Numbered from the stretch's first letter, positions 35,857 to 47,400 are shown. The stretch is DNA of 64,000 nt from an uncultured Methanosarcinales archaeon (GCA_964637115.1 CAZWVL010000003.1:32001-96000), one strand, 5' to 3'. Numbers and translations: made by a program. Notes: a model not told the origin generated them from the sequence alone.

Positions 35857-36537
35857 CTATTTATGCTTTTCCATTGCGCGCTTCTTCAACTCTTTCGGCA
35901 TCAGCTCAATAGCATATCTTAGAGCCGTGCGCGGCATTTCTTTTTTGTGCTTCATCACAAAATCAAAAATTTCTTTTTGGTGCTTTTTACCAGCTTCGCG
36001 CAACGCCCAGCCGTACGCTTTCTGGATTAAGTCTTCCTTGTCGGGAAGAAGCTGTTCAGACACTTCAAAAATATCCTTGACATACAAGCCTCGCCTGCAC
36101 GGGTAGACGAACGAAACAGCAGAAGCTCTTCGCGTCCAAAGATTTTTTGACTTAGCCCAGCTCTTGATTTCAGGCAACAAAGAAGCATCTTTCTCCAACA
36201 ATGGACAGAGAACATTAAGACAAATGTCATCAACCTGCGCCCAGTTTGAAGCATACTTGTCCAGCCAGCGCTTCATCAAAGAAACGGTGGCAATCTTTCC
36301 CTGCTTTGACCACATAACTGCAACGACACTTTCCTCGTGCAATCCGGACTGCCACAATTCTTCACACAATTCTTCCAAATCACGGGCGTCCAGATTTTCC
36401 GGAAAGAAATCCTTCGCGATCTTTCTCAAAACCGGATAACGCACGCCATAAGCCTTGATAGGCTCCTTGAAAAACATGTTATAGTTGTAAGTTTTGTCAG
36501 CTTTTGACTTTAGTTCCGCACGAAGAGCATTCAGCAT
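35857..36537 (-). CDS. AlkD-like DNA alkylation repair (HEAT-like repeat) protein
   Basis: YGVRYPVLRK, NWAQVDD, WTRRAS, DLIQKAYGWALREAGK, MPRTALRYAIE; start moved from 36813 to ATG 36537. Confidence 0.88.
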   Translation of the reverse strand: MLNALRAELKSKADKTYNYNMFFKEPIKAYGVRYPVLRKIAKDFFPENLDARDLEELCEELWQSGLHEESVVAVMWSKQGKIATVSLMKRWLDKYASNWAQVDDICLNVLCPLLEKDASLLPEIKSWAKSKNLWTRRASAVSFVYPCRRGLYVKDIFEVSEQLLPDKEDLIQKAYGWALREAGKKHQKEIFDFVMKHKKEMPRTALRYAIELMPKELKKRAMEKHK

Positions 36538-36589
36538 ACTGTTCGCATTTACAACAACATTTTTAAACATATTGCTATCACAAAAAAGT

Positions 36590-38488
36590 ATGCTCAAATT
36601 AACACTTCCAGACGGAAAAGTACTGCAGCTGCCAGACAAAAGCACAGGAATGCAGGCAGCAGAAGGCATAGGAAAGAAATTAGCAAAAGACGCACTGGCA
36701 ATCGAAGTAGACGGCGAAGTCAGAGACTTGATGAGGCAGATAGAAAAAGATGCAAAAATCAAAATTTTGACGTTTGCAGACCAAAAAGGAAAGGACACAT
36801 TAAGGCACAGCACGGCGCATGTCTTTGCTCACGCCGTCAAGCACTTGTATCCAAACGCCAAGCCAACCATTGGACCGCCAGTCGAAGAAGGATTCTATTA
36901 TGATTTTGATGATTTGAAAATCACTCCTGACGATTTTGCAAAAATAGAAGCAAAAATGCAGGAAATCGTAAATTTGAATTATCCTTTCGAGTGGCACGAA
37001 TGGACATTGGCAGACGTCAAGAAATTTGAAGGCGACAATCCATACAAAACAGAACTCGCTGAAGAATTCAAGAAAAAAGGATGGAAACTAACTGCTTACA
37101 AAGACGGTGATTTCATAGACTTGTGCGAAGGACCGCACGTGCCAAGCACCGGTTATGTTAAAGCGTTCAAATTAACAAAAATAGCGGCGGCATACTGGAG
37201 AGGAGATTCAAAGAATAAGCAACTTATTAGGATTTATGGCATATCCTTCCCGTCAACAAAAGAACTCCACGACTACGAGAAATTAATGGAAGAAACAGAA
37301 AAAAGAGACCACAGAAAAATCGGAGCACAACTGGAATTATTCATGACGCACGAATGGAGCCCGGGCTCAGTATTCCTGTTCCCAAAAGGGCAGATAATTT
37401 TCAATGAGCTCGTGAACTTCTTACACAGTGAATACTGGAAAAGAGGATATCAGGAAGTGCAAAGCCCGCAAATGTATAATAAAGCATTATGGGAAGCATC
37501 AGGACACTGGGCGCATTACAAGGAAAACATGTTTGTAATGGAAGTCGACGATGAAGAATTCTCGCTAAAGCCAATGAACTGCCCAGGACACGTATTAATG
37601 TTCAAGGCAAAAACGCGAAGCTACCGCGACCTTCCAGTAAGGTTTGCAGAATTCACCGCACTCCACAGAAACGAAGTCAGAGGAACACTTGGCGGAATGA
37701 CAAGAGTCAGAAGACTGCACCAGGATGATGCGCACATATTCTGCATGCCAGAACAAATACCTGAAGAAATCAGCGGCATTATCGATTTTTTCAAAACAGT
37801 TTATGAAAAAGTTTTCAAGATGAATTACATTGCAAAACTATCAACAAGGCCTGAAAAATTCATGGGCTCACCAGAAATCTGGGACAATGCGGAAAAAACC
37901 CTTGAAACACAGCTCAAAAACCATAAAATACAATACACAATAGACGCAGGAGGCGGAGCATTTTACGGCCCAAAAATAGATTTTTTTGTCAAAGATGCGC
38001 TCGGCAGGGAATGGCAGATTTGCACAGTACAGCTAGACTTCCAAATGCCGGCACGAATGGGAGCAGAATATGAGGGAGCAGACAACACGAAGCACACGTG
38101 CGTAATGATACACAGGGCAATCTTAGGAAGTCTGGAAAGATTCATCGGTGTAATGACTGAACATTATGCAGGAAAGTTCCCGCTCTGGCTCTCACCAGAA
38201 CAGGTTAGAGTATTATCAATCGCAGACAGGTTCAATGCAGACGCACAAAAACTAGTTGACGAAATGAAAAAACACAATATCAGAGCAACACTTGACGCTT
38301 CAGCAGAAACAATAAACAAAAAAGTCAGAAACGCGCAAATCGACCAAGTCAACTATATATTAGTCTTCGGCGAAAAAGAACAATCAGGAGCACTGCAGAT
38401 AAGAACAAGAGACAACAAAGTATTCGGGCCAGTAAAGAAAGAAGCGTTCATTGCAGACTTACTCAAAGAAATAGCAGAGAAGAAGTAA
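36590..38488 (+). CDS. thrS: Threonyl-tRNA synthetase, bacterial type (TGS plus N2 editing domain)
   Basis: RHSTAHVF, GFYYDF, DLCEGPH, RDHRKIG, KPMNCPGH, GAFYGPKID; start ATG 36590. Confidence 0.97.
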   Translation: MLKLTLPDGKVLQLPDKSTGMQAAEGIGKKLAKDALAIEVDGEVRDLMRQIEKDAKIKILTFADQKGKDTLRHSTAHVFAHAVKHLYPNAKPTIGPPVEEGFYYDFDDLKITPDDFAKIEAKMQEIVNLNYPFEWHEWTLADVKKFEGDNPYKTELAEEFKKKGWKLTAYKDGDFIDLCEGPHVPSTGYVKAFKLTKIAAAYWRGDSKNKQLIRIYGISFPSTKELHDYEKLMEETEKRDHRKIGAQLELFMTHEWSPGSVFLFPKGQIIFNELVNFLHSEYWKRGYQEVQSPQMYNKALWEASGHWAHYKENMFVMEVDDEEFSLKPMNCPGHVLMFKAKTRSYRDLPVRFAEFTALHRNEVRGTLGGMTRVRRLHQDDAHIFCMPEQIPEEISGIIDFFKTVYEKVFKMNYIAKLSTRPEKFMGSPEIWDNAEKTLETQLKNHKIQYTIDAGGGAFYGPKIDFFVKDALGREWQICTVQLDFQMPARMGAEYEGADNTKHTCVMIHRAILGSLERFIGVMTEHYAGKFPLWLSPEQVRVLSIADRFNADAQKLVDEMKKHNIRATLDASAETINKKVRNAQIDQVNYILVFGEKEQSGALQIRTRDNKVFGPVKKEAFIADLLKEIAEKK

Positions 38489-38552
38489 TACGGCAAGTCA
38501 TACACAACATTTAAATACATTGTAAGTGTGAATTAACCCAAAAGAGTGTAAA

Positions 38553-38957
38553 ATGAAAAGAGGACAACACGCTATCGGACTCGTATTATTAGGCATAGTG
38601 GCTATCATAGCAATCATAGGACTTGTTCTGCTCATCTCACGGCCAAGCAGCGCATACGTTCCACGGCCGGCATCACCACTCATCATCAGCACGCAAACAT
38701 TAAACTGGTACACACTTGTCGGCTTTACGCACAACTCAGGCAATCTGGGATGGTGCATGCAGCAAAGCGTGTCAAACGGCGGCTTCAAAGAAGCACTAAA
38801 CGGCGAAACACCAAACTGCTTGACTGTTTCTTCACAAATAGTTCCTGAAGATGTTTATCCGCTCTTTACGCAAGCAAGCCAAGGACAAGGATTTGCAACA
38901 GCATGCTTTACGTCATTCAACCAAGCACAACCACGCGTGTGCACAGGAGGTATTTAA
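38553..38957 (+). CDS. Class III signal peptide (pilin-like) protein
   Basis: MKRG|QHAIGLVLLGIVAIIAIIGLVLL; four Cys. Confidence 0.7.
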   Translation: MKRGQHAIGLVLLGIVAIIAIIGLVLLISRPSSAYVPRPASPLIISTQTLNWYTLVGFTHNSGNLGWCMQQSVSNGGFKEALNGETPNCLTVSSQIVPEDVYPLFTQASQGQGFATACFTSFNQAQPRVCTGGI

Positions 38958-38958
38958 G

Positions 38959-39717
38959 ATGAAAAAAGGTCAAACCGGCATAGCATTAGTAATTCTAGGT
39001 GTCATCGCAATAATTGCGGTTATCGGATTGGTATTACTATTCACGCGCGCAAGCAAAACACAAGGCGCATTATTAACAGATTTGTCAATCGGTAACATTT
39101 ACGGCGGCGGCGCACCAAACCAAGGCGAAATGGGAATCTCCCCATTATATGGAACCGCTGAATATGAAAGATTTGGCGGCGGTGGCTATTCAGTCAGGCA
39201 GCCACTCAGAGAAATTCCTGGTTATATTTCATACCCAACAGCCATTGTTAACACCAAAGGAAGCAGAACACCTGCATACATAATCAGCGGCAAATTCGAA
39301 GGAGGAGCGCGCAGTGGCTTTGCAACTATTGCAGACGCATATGGTTGTGAATGGAGCTTAATCTCCGGTGCGAAAATGGGAGTTCCTCACGATGCATTCA
39401 ACTGCTATCAAGTTCCAAACAAGGGAGCAACAGCAGGCGGAGAAGTCAAAGGATTCTTCCCGCCAGACAGTTCAGCAGAAGCACGACCTGGAAAATCTGA
39501 CCTTGGCAACCAGGGCGGAGACGTATACTGCTACGCAAACAGCTATGGTGCAGAACAGCAAAAGCCGGACAGCGAGGACTTAGTCAGAGAGAACGTTCTC
39601 AATGCGGTCAGGAACAGCGTCCCCACCGAAAGATACGAGTGGACAACCACGTATGTAAACGGCTTGGAAGTCCCGGTCTGCTGGATCAGCGCGAAGACAT
39701 TCCCCTTCCCGCAATAA
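38959..39717 (+). CDS. Class III signal peptide (pilin-like) protein
   Basis: MKKG|QTGIALVILGVIAIIAVIGLVLLF after GGAGG SD; start moved from 38851. Confidence 0.75.
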   Translation: MKKGQTGIALVILGVIAIIAVIGLVLLFTRASKTQGALLTDLSIGNIYGGGAPNQGEMGISPLYGTAEYERFGGGGYSVRQPLREIPGYISYPTAIVNTKGSRTPAYIISGKFEGGARSGFATIADAYGCEWSLISGAKMGVPHDAFNCYQVPNKGATAGGEVKGFFPPDSSAEARPGKSDLGNQGGDVYCYANSYGAEQQKPDSEDLVRENVLNAVRNSVPTERYEWTTTYVNGLEVPVCWISAKTFPFPQ

Positions 39718-39738
39718 TTTTTTATTTTTCATTTTTTT

Positions 39739-40344
39739 ATGACTACTAGCAATAAATTACTCCTGCTCGGTGCAATCGCAATAATTGCGATCGTAACCCT
39801 GGTTCTATTATTCACAAGCCAACTGTCAGGAATAACACAATTAGGAATTGGAGATTCTTACGGACCAGAGCCCGGAATTGTGCCATTAACAAAACTTCCT
39901 CCGCGCGTACCATTTGGCCCAACACCGGAATTTCCAGCAGGGCCAAGCGAAACTATTGGCACGAGCACACCATTCATGATATTCTTCAGAGGAGAATACG
40001 GCACAATTGCAGAAATGAGCAAATGCTGGAACGACTTATCTTTTTTCATGGCAGCACCACAAGACGCATTCAGCTGTTATTCTGTACCAACAAGCGGACC
40101 TGCATATGAAGTCACTGGATGGTTCTGGCCCACCAGCTCGGCAATGCCAAAACCATTATACCAAATAGGTGGAGACGTCTACTGCTACGAACAATTCCCA
40201 TATGAAAGATACAAATTATTTGACAAACTGAAAATTTATCTAGAACCAAAAGGCTGGCTAGTCGGACAAGTAAACGGAGAAGATGTCTTGCTCTGCCAAA
40301 AAGGAGCATACTTCATATATCCGCAAGGACTGCGAACATACTGA
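39739..40344 (+). CDS. Paralog of the preceding pilin-like protein lacking the KKG|Q cleavage site
   Basis: Shared DAFxCYxVP...EVxG...P.SSA...GGDVYCY motifs. Confidence 0.7.
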   Translation: MTTSNKLLLLGAIAIIAIVTLVLLFTSQLSGITQLGIGDSYGPEPGIVPLTKLPPRVPFGPTPEFPAGPSETIGTSTPFMIFFRGEYGTIAEMSKCWNDLSFFMAAPQDAFSCYSVPTSGPAYEVTGWFWPTSSAMPKPLYQIGGDVYCYEQFPYERYKLFDKLKIYLEPKGWLVGQVNGEDVLLCQKGAYFIYPQGLRTY

Positions 40345-40374
40345 TTTTTAAGTTTCACATATTTTCTTAAACCA

Positions 40375-40722
40375 ATGGAATACAAGCAAGTCATTCTGGT
40401 GCGAGACGACTTAAAATTAACGAAAGGAAAAATGTCAGCCCAATGCAGTCATGCTTCAGTCGCAGCAGTCCTGAAATCGCACAAAGACGACATCAAAAAA
40501 TGGCAGGAACAAGGAATGAAAAAAATAATTTTACGCGTGAAAGACATTCAGGAACTGCACGAATACAAACGAAAAGCAGAAGATGCAGGACTGGTTGTGG
40601 CTTTGATTACGGATGCGGGGCATACTCACTTAGAGCCGGGCACTGTTACGTGTTTAGGCATCGGTCCAGATAAAGTTGAGAAAATAGACAAAGTAACCGG
40701 CAAACTTTCTCTCATATCGTAG
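40375..40722 (+). CDS. pth2: Peptidyl-tRNA hydrolase Pth2
   Basis: KQVILVRDDLKLTKGKMSAQCSHA, DAGHT, TVTCLGIGP. Confidence 0.96.
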   Translation: MEYKQVILVRDDLKLTKGKMSAQCSHASVAAVLKSHKDDIKKWQEQGMKKIILRVKDIQELHEYKRKAEDAGLVVALITDAGHTHLEPGTVTCLGIGPDKVEKIDKVTGKLSLIS

Positions 40723-40770
40723 TTACAGCAACCGTAATGTTTATAAACCCCCTTCTGAAAATTCACGACT

Positions 40771-41169
40771 ATGGTTAGTTTCAAGGTGGTTATCGGCACA
40801 AAACAAGGCAAGTGTGTCCAGAAGGACATACAAGATCCTGAAGCCAAAACATTTCTAGGAAAAAAGATAGGCGACACCATCTCAGGAGACCACATCGGTC
40901 TTGCAGGCTACGAGTTTATGGTAACGGGCGGAAGCGATTATTGTGGATTCCCAATGAGAAAAGATGTTGAAGGGTTTGCACGCAAACGAATTCTCGCAAT
41001 CAAAGGCATTGGCTTAAAGATGGAAGCAAAAGGAATCAGACAGCGCAAGACGGTCTGCGGCAATACAATCCATCCGAAAATAGCACAAGTAAACCTGAAA
41101 GTCACGAAAGAAGGCAAGGAACCTTTGGCAATACCAGCAGCAGAAAAGAAAGAAGAAGCGGCCAAGTAA
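40771..41169 (+). CDS. rps6e: 30S ribosomal protein S6e
   Basis: GKKIGD, VTGGSDYCGFPM, RKTVCGN. Confidence 0.96.
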   Translation: MVSFKVVIGTKQGKCVQKDIQDPEAKTFLGKKIGDTISGDHIGLAGYEFMVTGGSDYCGFPMRKDVEGFARKRILAIKGIGLKMEAKGIRQRKTVCGNTIHPKIAQVNLKVTKEGKEPLAIPAAEKKEEAAK

Positions 41170-41216
41170 TACGACATTAAGTTTATATACAGCTAATTCT
41201 GTAAATAGCCCAAAAG

Positions 41217-42122
41217 ATGGCTGACGAAGAACTAGTAAAAAAGTTTGTAGAACTGCATTCACAAACAGAACAATTGCTAAACGATGACAAGATTGCTGAT
41301 GCAAAACAAAAATATCTTGACGTTGTCAATGCATATCACGAAATCGAGAAAAGCACCCTGGAACATTTCCACAAAGAATTAGCTTACGACCAGGTAACGC
41401 AACTGTTCAAAAAAGTAAATGAAGCAAAAGAACGCGTGAAGATACCATACCACCTGATTCTCGCAGCAGTTTTGATCATAGGATTCAGCATTGTCATCTT
41501 CTTCAAGCCAAGTATCGTCGGACTCGCAGGATTTGAAGACTTAATCAGACAGCCAACAGACTTAGTATTTACGGAAACAAAATTACAACAGGTTTCACTG
41601 CGCGACAGACCATTAACACTCGCAGCAAGCGGAGAATTTATTGGAAAAGTGAAGCTCTTCTACAAAAAAGGAGACAAGTTCGAATTAATATTTGATTCAG
41701 AAAAAAGCAAGAGCACAAACGGCAGCTTCACAGACGTATGCGAAGAAACCTGCGAAATAATTGCAGATTCAAACGCCATAGAACTATTTGCAGACGTTGA
41801 AAACGGAAGCAGGCTGCACGTCAAGGAACTATTGTACAAAATAGAGCGCAAAGACAACACAGCTCCCGCGTGGACAGGAACAACAAAAACATTTACGGCA
41901 AAGAAAGGCGCGACATTAACAATTGACTTAAATCAATATTTCACAGACGCAGAAACTGACCCATTGGTTTACTTAAGCACAACAGATGAAGGTCTTGAAG
42001 TAACTGTACAGAACAGCAAAGTCACGATAACGCCGAAAGCAGAAGGAACAAAAAACATAGTATTCATTTCTTCTGACTTGTTAGAAGTCACGAAGGTTCC
42101 GGTTACTATTGAAGTTAAGTGA
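41217..42122 (+). CDS. Single-TM protein: N-terminal helical domain, C-terminal cadherin/Ig-like domain
   Basis: Central TM LILAAVLIIGFSIVIFF; NTAP...IDLNQYFTDAETDPLVY. Confidence 0.65.
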   Translation: MADEELVKKFVELHSQTEQLLNDDKIADAKQKYLDVVNAYHEIEKSTLEHFHKELAYDQVTQLFKKVNEAKERVKIPYHLILAAVLIIGFSIVIFFKPSIVGLAGFEDLIRQPTDLVFTETKLQQVSLRDRPLTLAASGEFIGKVKLFYKKGDKFELIFDSEKSKSTNGSFTDVCEETCEIIADSNAIELFADVENGSRLHVKELLYKIERKDNTAPAWTGTTKTFTAKKGATLTIDLNQYFTDAETDPLVYLSTTDEGLEVTVQNSKVTITPKAEGTKNIVFISSDLLEVTKVPVTIEVK

Positions 42123-42291
42123 AAAAGTTCTTTGCAACTATATAATATGCGCTATAGTAACATTTATATACCTTGAAGCAAGAGTTCCAAATACAAAAAA
42201 GGTGGTTTGCTATAGTAATCACTGGGGATTTATAGTATGAAAAGAGCAGCGTTGAACTCTGTTCAACTGGTCTTTTTTTCGTTTAAAGAGG

Positions 42292-44457
42292 GTGAAGTTC
42301 GTGACTAACGAAAAAAAGGGTCAGATTACTATTTTTATAATCATAGGTCTAATACTTCTTGTCATAATTGGCACGGCCATCTATCTCAGCACAAGAGAAG
42401 CTAGAAGACCATTCGAAGTAGCACGGCCGAAAGTAGCAGAGCTATCAACAGAAGTACAACCATTACGCGATTTTGTCGAATCCTGCATCCAACGACTGGC
42501 AACAGACGGTCTTAGAAAAATAGGAGACTCAGGAGGTTATGTAGACCAGAAATATCTCCAGTACAATATTCTTTCTCCAACCGAAGGCGAAGCAGTACAA
42601 ATGTCGCCCGGAGCAGGGCCGTCAGTAGCATACTGGTGGTATTTGAAAAGCAACAACAAATGCCAGCCACCAAACTGCGTTTTTGACTCGAAACGCCCAG
42701 GACTCAGAAGAGGGGATGGGCAGATAACAATCGAAGGACAACTTGACGAATACGTTACAAACAATCTGCGCACCTGCCTTGGAAACTTTGAAGACTACCA
42801 AAAACGAGGTTGCAAGGTGCAAGAACTTGATGATCCAAAAGTCACGGCAAACGTGGCAACAGACGACATATTCTTTGTAGGCAAGTACTCTTTAAGAGCA
42901 GTATGCGGCGGACACAGCTACGACATTGAAGACTATTACGTCACAATAGACCTGAACATCAGAGAAATCTACAATCTTGCAACAGAATTAACCAATTACG
43001 AAAAAGACTACAGACTGCTTGAAAGCGCAACCAAAAATCTAATCTACACCTTCAGCGATGTTGACTCAAGCAAACTTCCGCCACCGCGCGACCTGCAAGT
43101 AGGCCCGCCAAAACCAGGAGTGTTCTGGATAAAAAGCGAAGTAGCAAAGAAGCTTACAGGATTAGTTGCTGCTTACATTCCACTCATACAAACATCAGGT
43201 GTGAGTAACTATCACTACATTACAGCGCCAGAAGGAGTAAGAGACCCAGAAAACTTTGAACTGCTATATAACAGACAATTCTATCTGCCATTAAACTCAA
43301 CACACCCGAAATTAGGGGTAAGATTCAGCTATCTAGACTGGTGGAAGCCATACTTCAACCTGAACTGCAAAGGAGAACTTTGCAGAGCAGATTCTGGCAG
43401 CAATTTCGCACTGCTGCCAATAACAATCAACAGATACCAATTCGCATACGACTTCAGCTATCCTGTTCTGGTTGAAATCAGAAATTCAGAGGCGTTCAAC
43501 ACAGAAGGATACAGCTTCAACTTCTTTTTAGAACAAAACCTGAGAAACTCTGACGCGTTCACAACAGACGTTCCTGAATTCCAGGCAGCAGCAGCAAGAA
43601 CAGCACCATCAATTTTCTGCGATCCAAAACAACAAACCTCGGGAACAGTAAGCCTATTTGTCAAGGACGCTAAAAACCTGAAAGGAACGGAAGATGCGTC
43701 AGTCAGCTTCCTCTGCGGAGACAACGCGTGCATGTTCGGATCCACAAGAAACGGAAGCCTCTCAAGCAAATTCCCCCGCTGCGTAGGAGGAACACTGAGA
43801 ATAAACAAACAAGGATATGCGAGCTTCTCATCGCCCCTCGACACGCAAAGAGAAGAACCAATGAAAATTGACGTTTTACTCGAGCCAGTGCGCACAGTAA
43901 ATGCAACCGTACGAAATTTTGCACTAACGAAGGCAGGCAAACACGACCAGTGGGACTTCAGAGAAGGCGGATCATTAAGGCCGAGCGACAATCAAGAAAC
44001 AACCATACAATTAACGAGAATTGGAAACTCCTGGGAAGAATCATTCAGCTCAGTAGTCAGCTTAACCGGTGATGAAAGCAAAGAAATGTTCATCATACCG
44101 GGAAATTACAGCATAACAATAAACAGTTTCCTAAGAGAAAACCTGACCATACCACCAGACCAGCGCTGCTTCAAAATCAAAAAACTCTTCGGCAGCAAAC
44201 GAAAATGCTTCTGGGTGCCCCAAAACGCCATTGTCTTTAACGAGACCTCGCCATTCCCATACGGGGGAGCAGAATATGAGTATGAGTTCACAAGCTCAAT
44301 GCTAAGAGCAGCAAACAAGATAGAATTCAAACAATTCATCATTGCCATAGACCGAGTGCCAGAAGACAAACGAATTGTAGAAGATTTGAACCAAATCGAT
44401 AATGTAAACGCATATGCGCTGTCAAACCTTGACCGTATATACCCGGTGATAACATGA
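42292..44457 (+). CDS. Large class III signal peptide protein (module A, 721 aa)
   Basis: EKKG|QITIFIIIGLILLVII; start probably GTG 42301 after GAGGGTGA; paralog of 50186..52219. Confidence 0.8.
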   Translation: MKFVTNEKKGQITIFIIIGLILLVIIGTAIYLSTREARRPFEVARPKVAELSTEVQPLRDFVESCIQRLATDGLRKIGDSGGYVDQKYLQYNILSPTEGEAVQMSPGAGPSVAYWWYLKSNNKCQPPNCVFDSKRPGLRRGDGQITIEGQLDEYVTNNLRTCLGNFEDYQKRGCKVQELDDPKVTANVATDDIFFVGKYSLRAVCGGHSYDIEDYYVTIDLNIREIYNLATELTNYEKDYRLLESATKNLIYTFSDVDSSKLPPPRDLQVGPPKPGVFWIKSEVAKKLTGLVAAYIPLIQTSGVSNYHYITAPEGVRDPENFELLYNRQFYLPLNSTHPKLGVRFSYLDWWKPYFNLNCKGELCRADSGSNFALLPITINRYQFAYDFSYPVLVEIRNSEAFNTEGYSFNFFLEQNLRNSDAFTTDVPEFQAAAARTAPSIFCDPKQQTSGTVSLFVKDAKNLKGTEDASVSFLCGDNACMFGSTRNGSLSSKFPRCVGGTLRINKQGYASFSSPLDTQREEPMKIDVLLEPVRTVNATVRNFALTKAGKHDQWDFREGGSLRPSDNQETTIQLTRIGNSWEESFSSVVSLTGDESKEMFIIPGNYSITINSFLRENLTIPPDQRCFKIKKLFGSKRKCFWVPQNAIVFNETSPFPYGGAEYEYEFTSSMLRAANKIEFKQFIIAIDRVPEDKRIVEDLNQIDNVNAYALSNLDRIYPVIT

Positions 44458-47400
44458 GAAAGTTATGCATCATTGCCCTGTTTATGATGGCTCTGATAGT
44501 CAGCATACCGGTAGTATGGGCACAAGAACTAAGCATACAGCAATTCAACGGCAAAGGCAGCAGCAAAGGGGTAGCAAGAACACACGATGAGCTCACGATA
44601 GAAGTTCTCGCAAAGATTCCAGGCGAGGACATAATCAACGAAAGCCAAGTAAGACTATACGTGGAAGACAGCTATTCAAATTTTGATTCCTGCACGTCGG
44701 CAAGCGGCGGATATTACAAGTGCATTTTCCACGAACCAGACTTTGAAGCATACGAGCCAATCGTTTTCACGATAGAACTCCGAAATGACGCGGAAGACAT
44801 AGTGGGCAGCGAAGTAAAAACCCTAATTGTGGACGCTAATGGGCCAGTAATCAAAGATTTTACTGTTGAACCGAACGTGACAAGCGGGGAAGTTTCTGTT
44901 TCATACGTTGCAGAAGATTATGGTCTCAATTACGGAAGCACAGATCAGTGTGCAGGCATCAAACAAATCGTCATAACAGCAGGAAACATTAGCGTAACGG
45001 ACGCAGGCCAGCAAGAAGTATGCACAAAAGACAACACATTGCAACTAACTCTGACAAAACCAGGAAAGCAGCAAGTCTGCGCAACAGCAACAGACCACGC
45101 CAACTACGCCAGCGCGCCAAAATGCACGGAAGTAAGAGTGGACAAAGCTCCGCCAAACATTGAAAAACTGTCAATCTTAGACGACGAAGGATTCTTAATA
45201 ACACACGTGCACTCAGGCGAAGAAAGAACAGCAACAATTACTGCAACAATAAGCGATGACGGCGGAGTTGACAGCAACGAAGTCTACGGAAATTTCTTCC
45301 AATTAAATCCGAACCTTCCAGATGTAATTCCACCTGATTTAGCCTCAGGAGACCTTTACAGCTGGACAGGAATAGGAGTAAGCGAAGTCAGTCCTTGCCA
45401 GTTGAAAATAACGGCTAAAGACATTCTCGGAAATTTCGCGGAGAAACAATTCTCCTGCGACATAAGAGCAGACGATACTCCGCCAATCGTGAAAGGAATC
45501 ATTTCAGAAGCAAACAGAGGAGGAGTTCCGCTGTTTGGATACGGAACACCGCTCATTGTAGAACTTGAAGACCGCGATAATGCAGGCGGAGACGGCATAG
45601 GATTTGTAAGCAAAAAAGTCTACCTTGACATGCACGAGCTTGGAATTGGAAGCAACGTCCAGGCAGATGCCTGCTCACGTTATTCCGGGGCAACGTGGAG
45701 ATGCTTATGGTTCTTGACACCACCAGCAACAGTTCAAGAAAACACGTACCACATACAAGTTCTTGCAGACACAGCAGATGACTTGGGAAATACCGTCGGC
45801 AACGTAGCAGATTACGAGATAATCTACGACAACACAGGACCATACCCGCCACAAGTTCTTGACTTCAAGGTAATATCAGGAGAAGAAGGAGTAGAATATC
45901 GAGGCGGAGCAATCAAAGGAAGCTTTGTACAATACACAGTCAGATCAGCAGACTTCACAACAAGTTATGCAAACTTCACAGACATCGGAGGCAGCGCACA
46001 AACAGGAGCAACAACCTGCACTCCAACAACCGGCAATGCGAGTGACTGCATATTTGAAAGTTTAGTGGATTTAAGCGGACCATACACATCATACTTCACG
46101 TTCGTATTTGCAGACGATGCAAACAACACTGCACGAACAAACGCAACTCTTGAGATTTACGGCATTGATAATGAAACGAATGTCAAGTACTGGAAGTCAC
46201 CTCCAACAGTAACGTGCAGTCCATACGTCATTGACAGATCAACAGCATCACTAATTCCGCCAATAGCAACATGCAGAGTAGATTTAGAAACACCGCGCAG
46301 AGACATAACAACACTAGCAATTGCAGGGCCAACGGCGCCAGACGAATGCACTGGCGACATCGAACTTTTCTTGAATGATATTTACGTGACGAACACAGTA
46401 GAGGGCAGCACGCATCCATACGTGTTCATGAAGCTCGAACCAAGAGATTATGTGTTTAATGAACTAAACATCAACTGCCCGCTGTCAGTCTACAGCAAAC
46501 GCGCAGTTACTGCAGGCGGAAAAACAGTCCATTATGTCTCACCAGAACCGCAAGAAGTTCCAGTAAACATGACGCTTAAGTTCCACAGCAATCCTTTGGG
46601 TGAAATAAACGCGAACATCGACGACGAAATCAGAAGCGCAATGAAAGGAGGGCTGGCAAACGCGGCATGGATAAGCGACCTCCGCAAATGGCTCCACTAT
46701 GGAGAATTAATCTGCCAGATAAAAGTCCTCATCACCAACATCATCAGCGCGCTGTTTATGGTAAGCATAGTGCTTGGCATAACAGCAGTTGCGGTGAGAG
46801 CAACAGGTGTAGGAGCTGGCGCAGCAGAAGTGCCTGCTCAGGCAGCAAAAGCAACTTGCACCGCAGAAGAAGGAGGCTCGGAAAGCTACAAGATAAGCTT
46901 AGGATTCCTTGATTCAATCTGCTCAGTAATCAACTGCGCAGCAGTAAGCGGCAAAGGTTCAGGCATAGAAGCATACGCAGGAGGAGGAGTGCCCTGGTGC
47001 TCAAATATGCGGGCATACTTGCAAAACCTTGACCCAACAGGCCAAGGAGCACTCGACCTTGATGTCAAGAACTCACTCGTACTAAGCATAATATGTTTAT
47101 GCCTGCCAGGCATTATTTACAACTTAGACAAGCTCAGACAAATACAATGCTTTAAGGCAGTCTGTTTGCACGATGACGTCAAATTATCCGGCTATCCTGC
47201 AAGCTTCTGCGATGAAATGTACGGCTACATGATGTGCGCGTTTGTCATTGGAGAACTATTCTCCCTATTCCCATTCATAGCATTCTTCGACAAGATAATG
47301 AACATGGTATTAGACCTAATAACAAACCCAGTTGCACTATTCCTCACAGGACTCGGCTGGGTGTGCACACAAACCTGCTATACAATCGGCACGCAACCAG

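Noticed and set aside
36538-36813. N-terminal extension of the AlkD-like ORF
   Set aside because: Overlaps the thrS start on the opposite strand and the divergent promoter; not protein-like
42240-42285. Hairpin GTTGAAC-tct-GTTCAAC plus T-tract before the surface locus
   Set aside because: Single short stem; cannot tell attenuator from chance; not related to the operator or REP-like motifs
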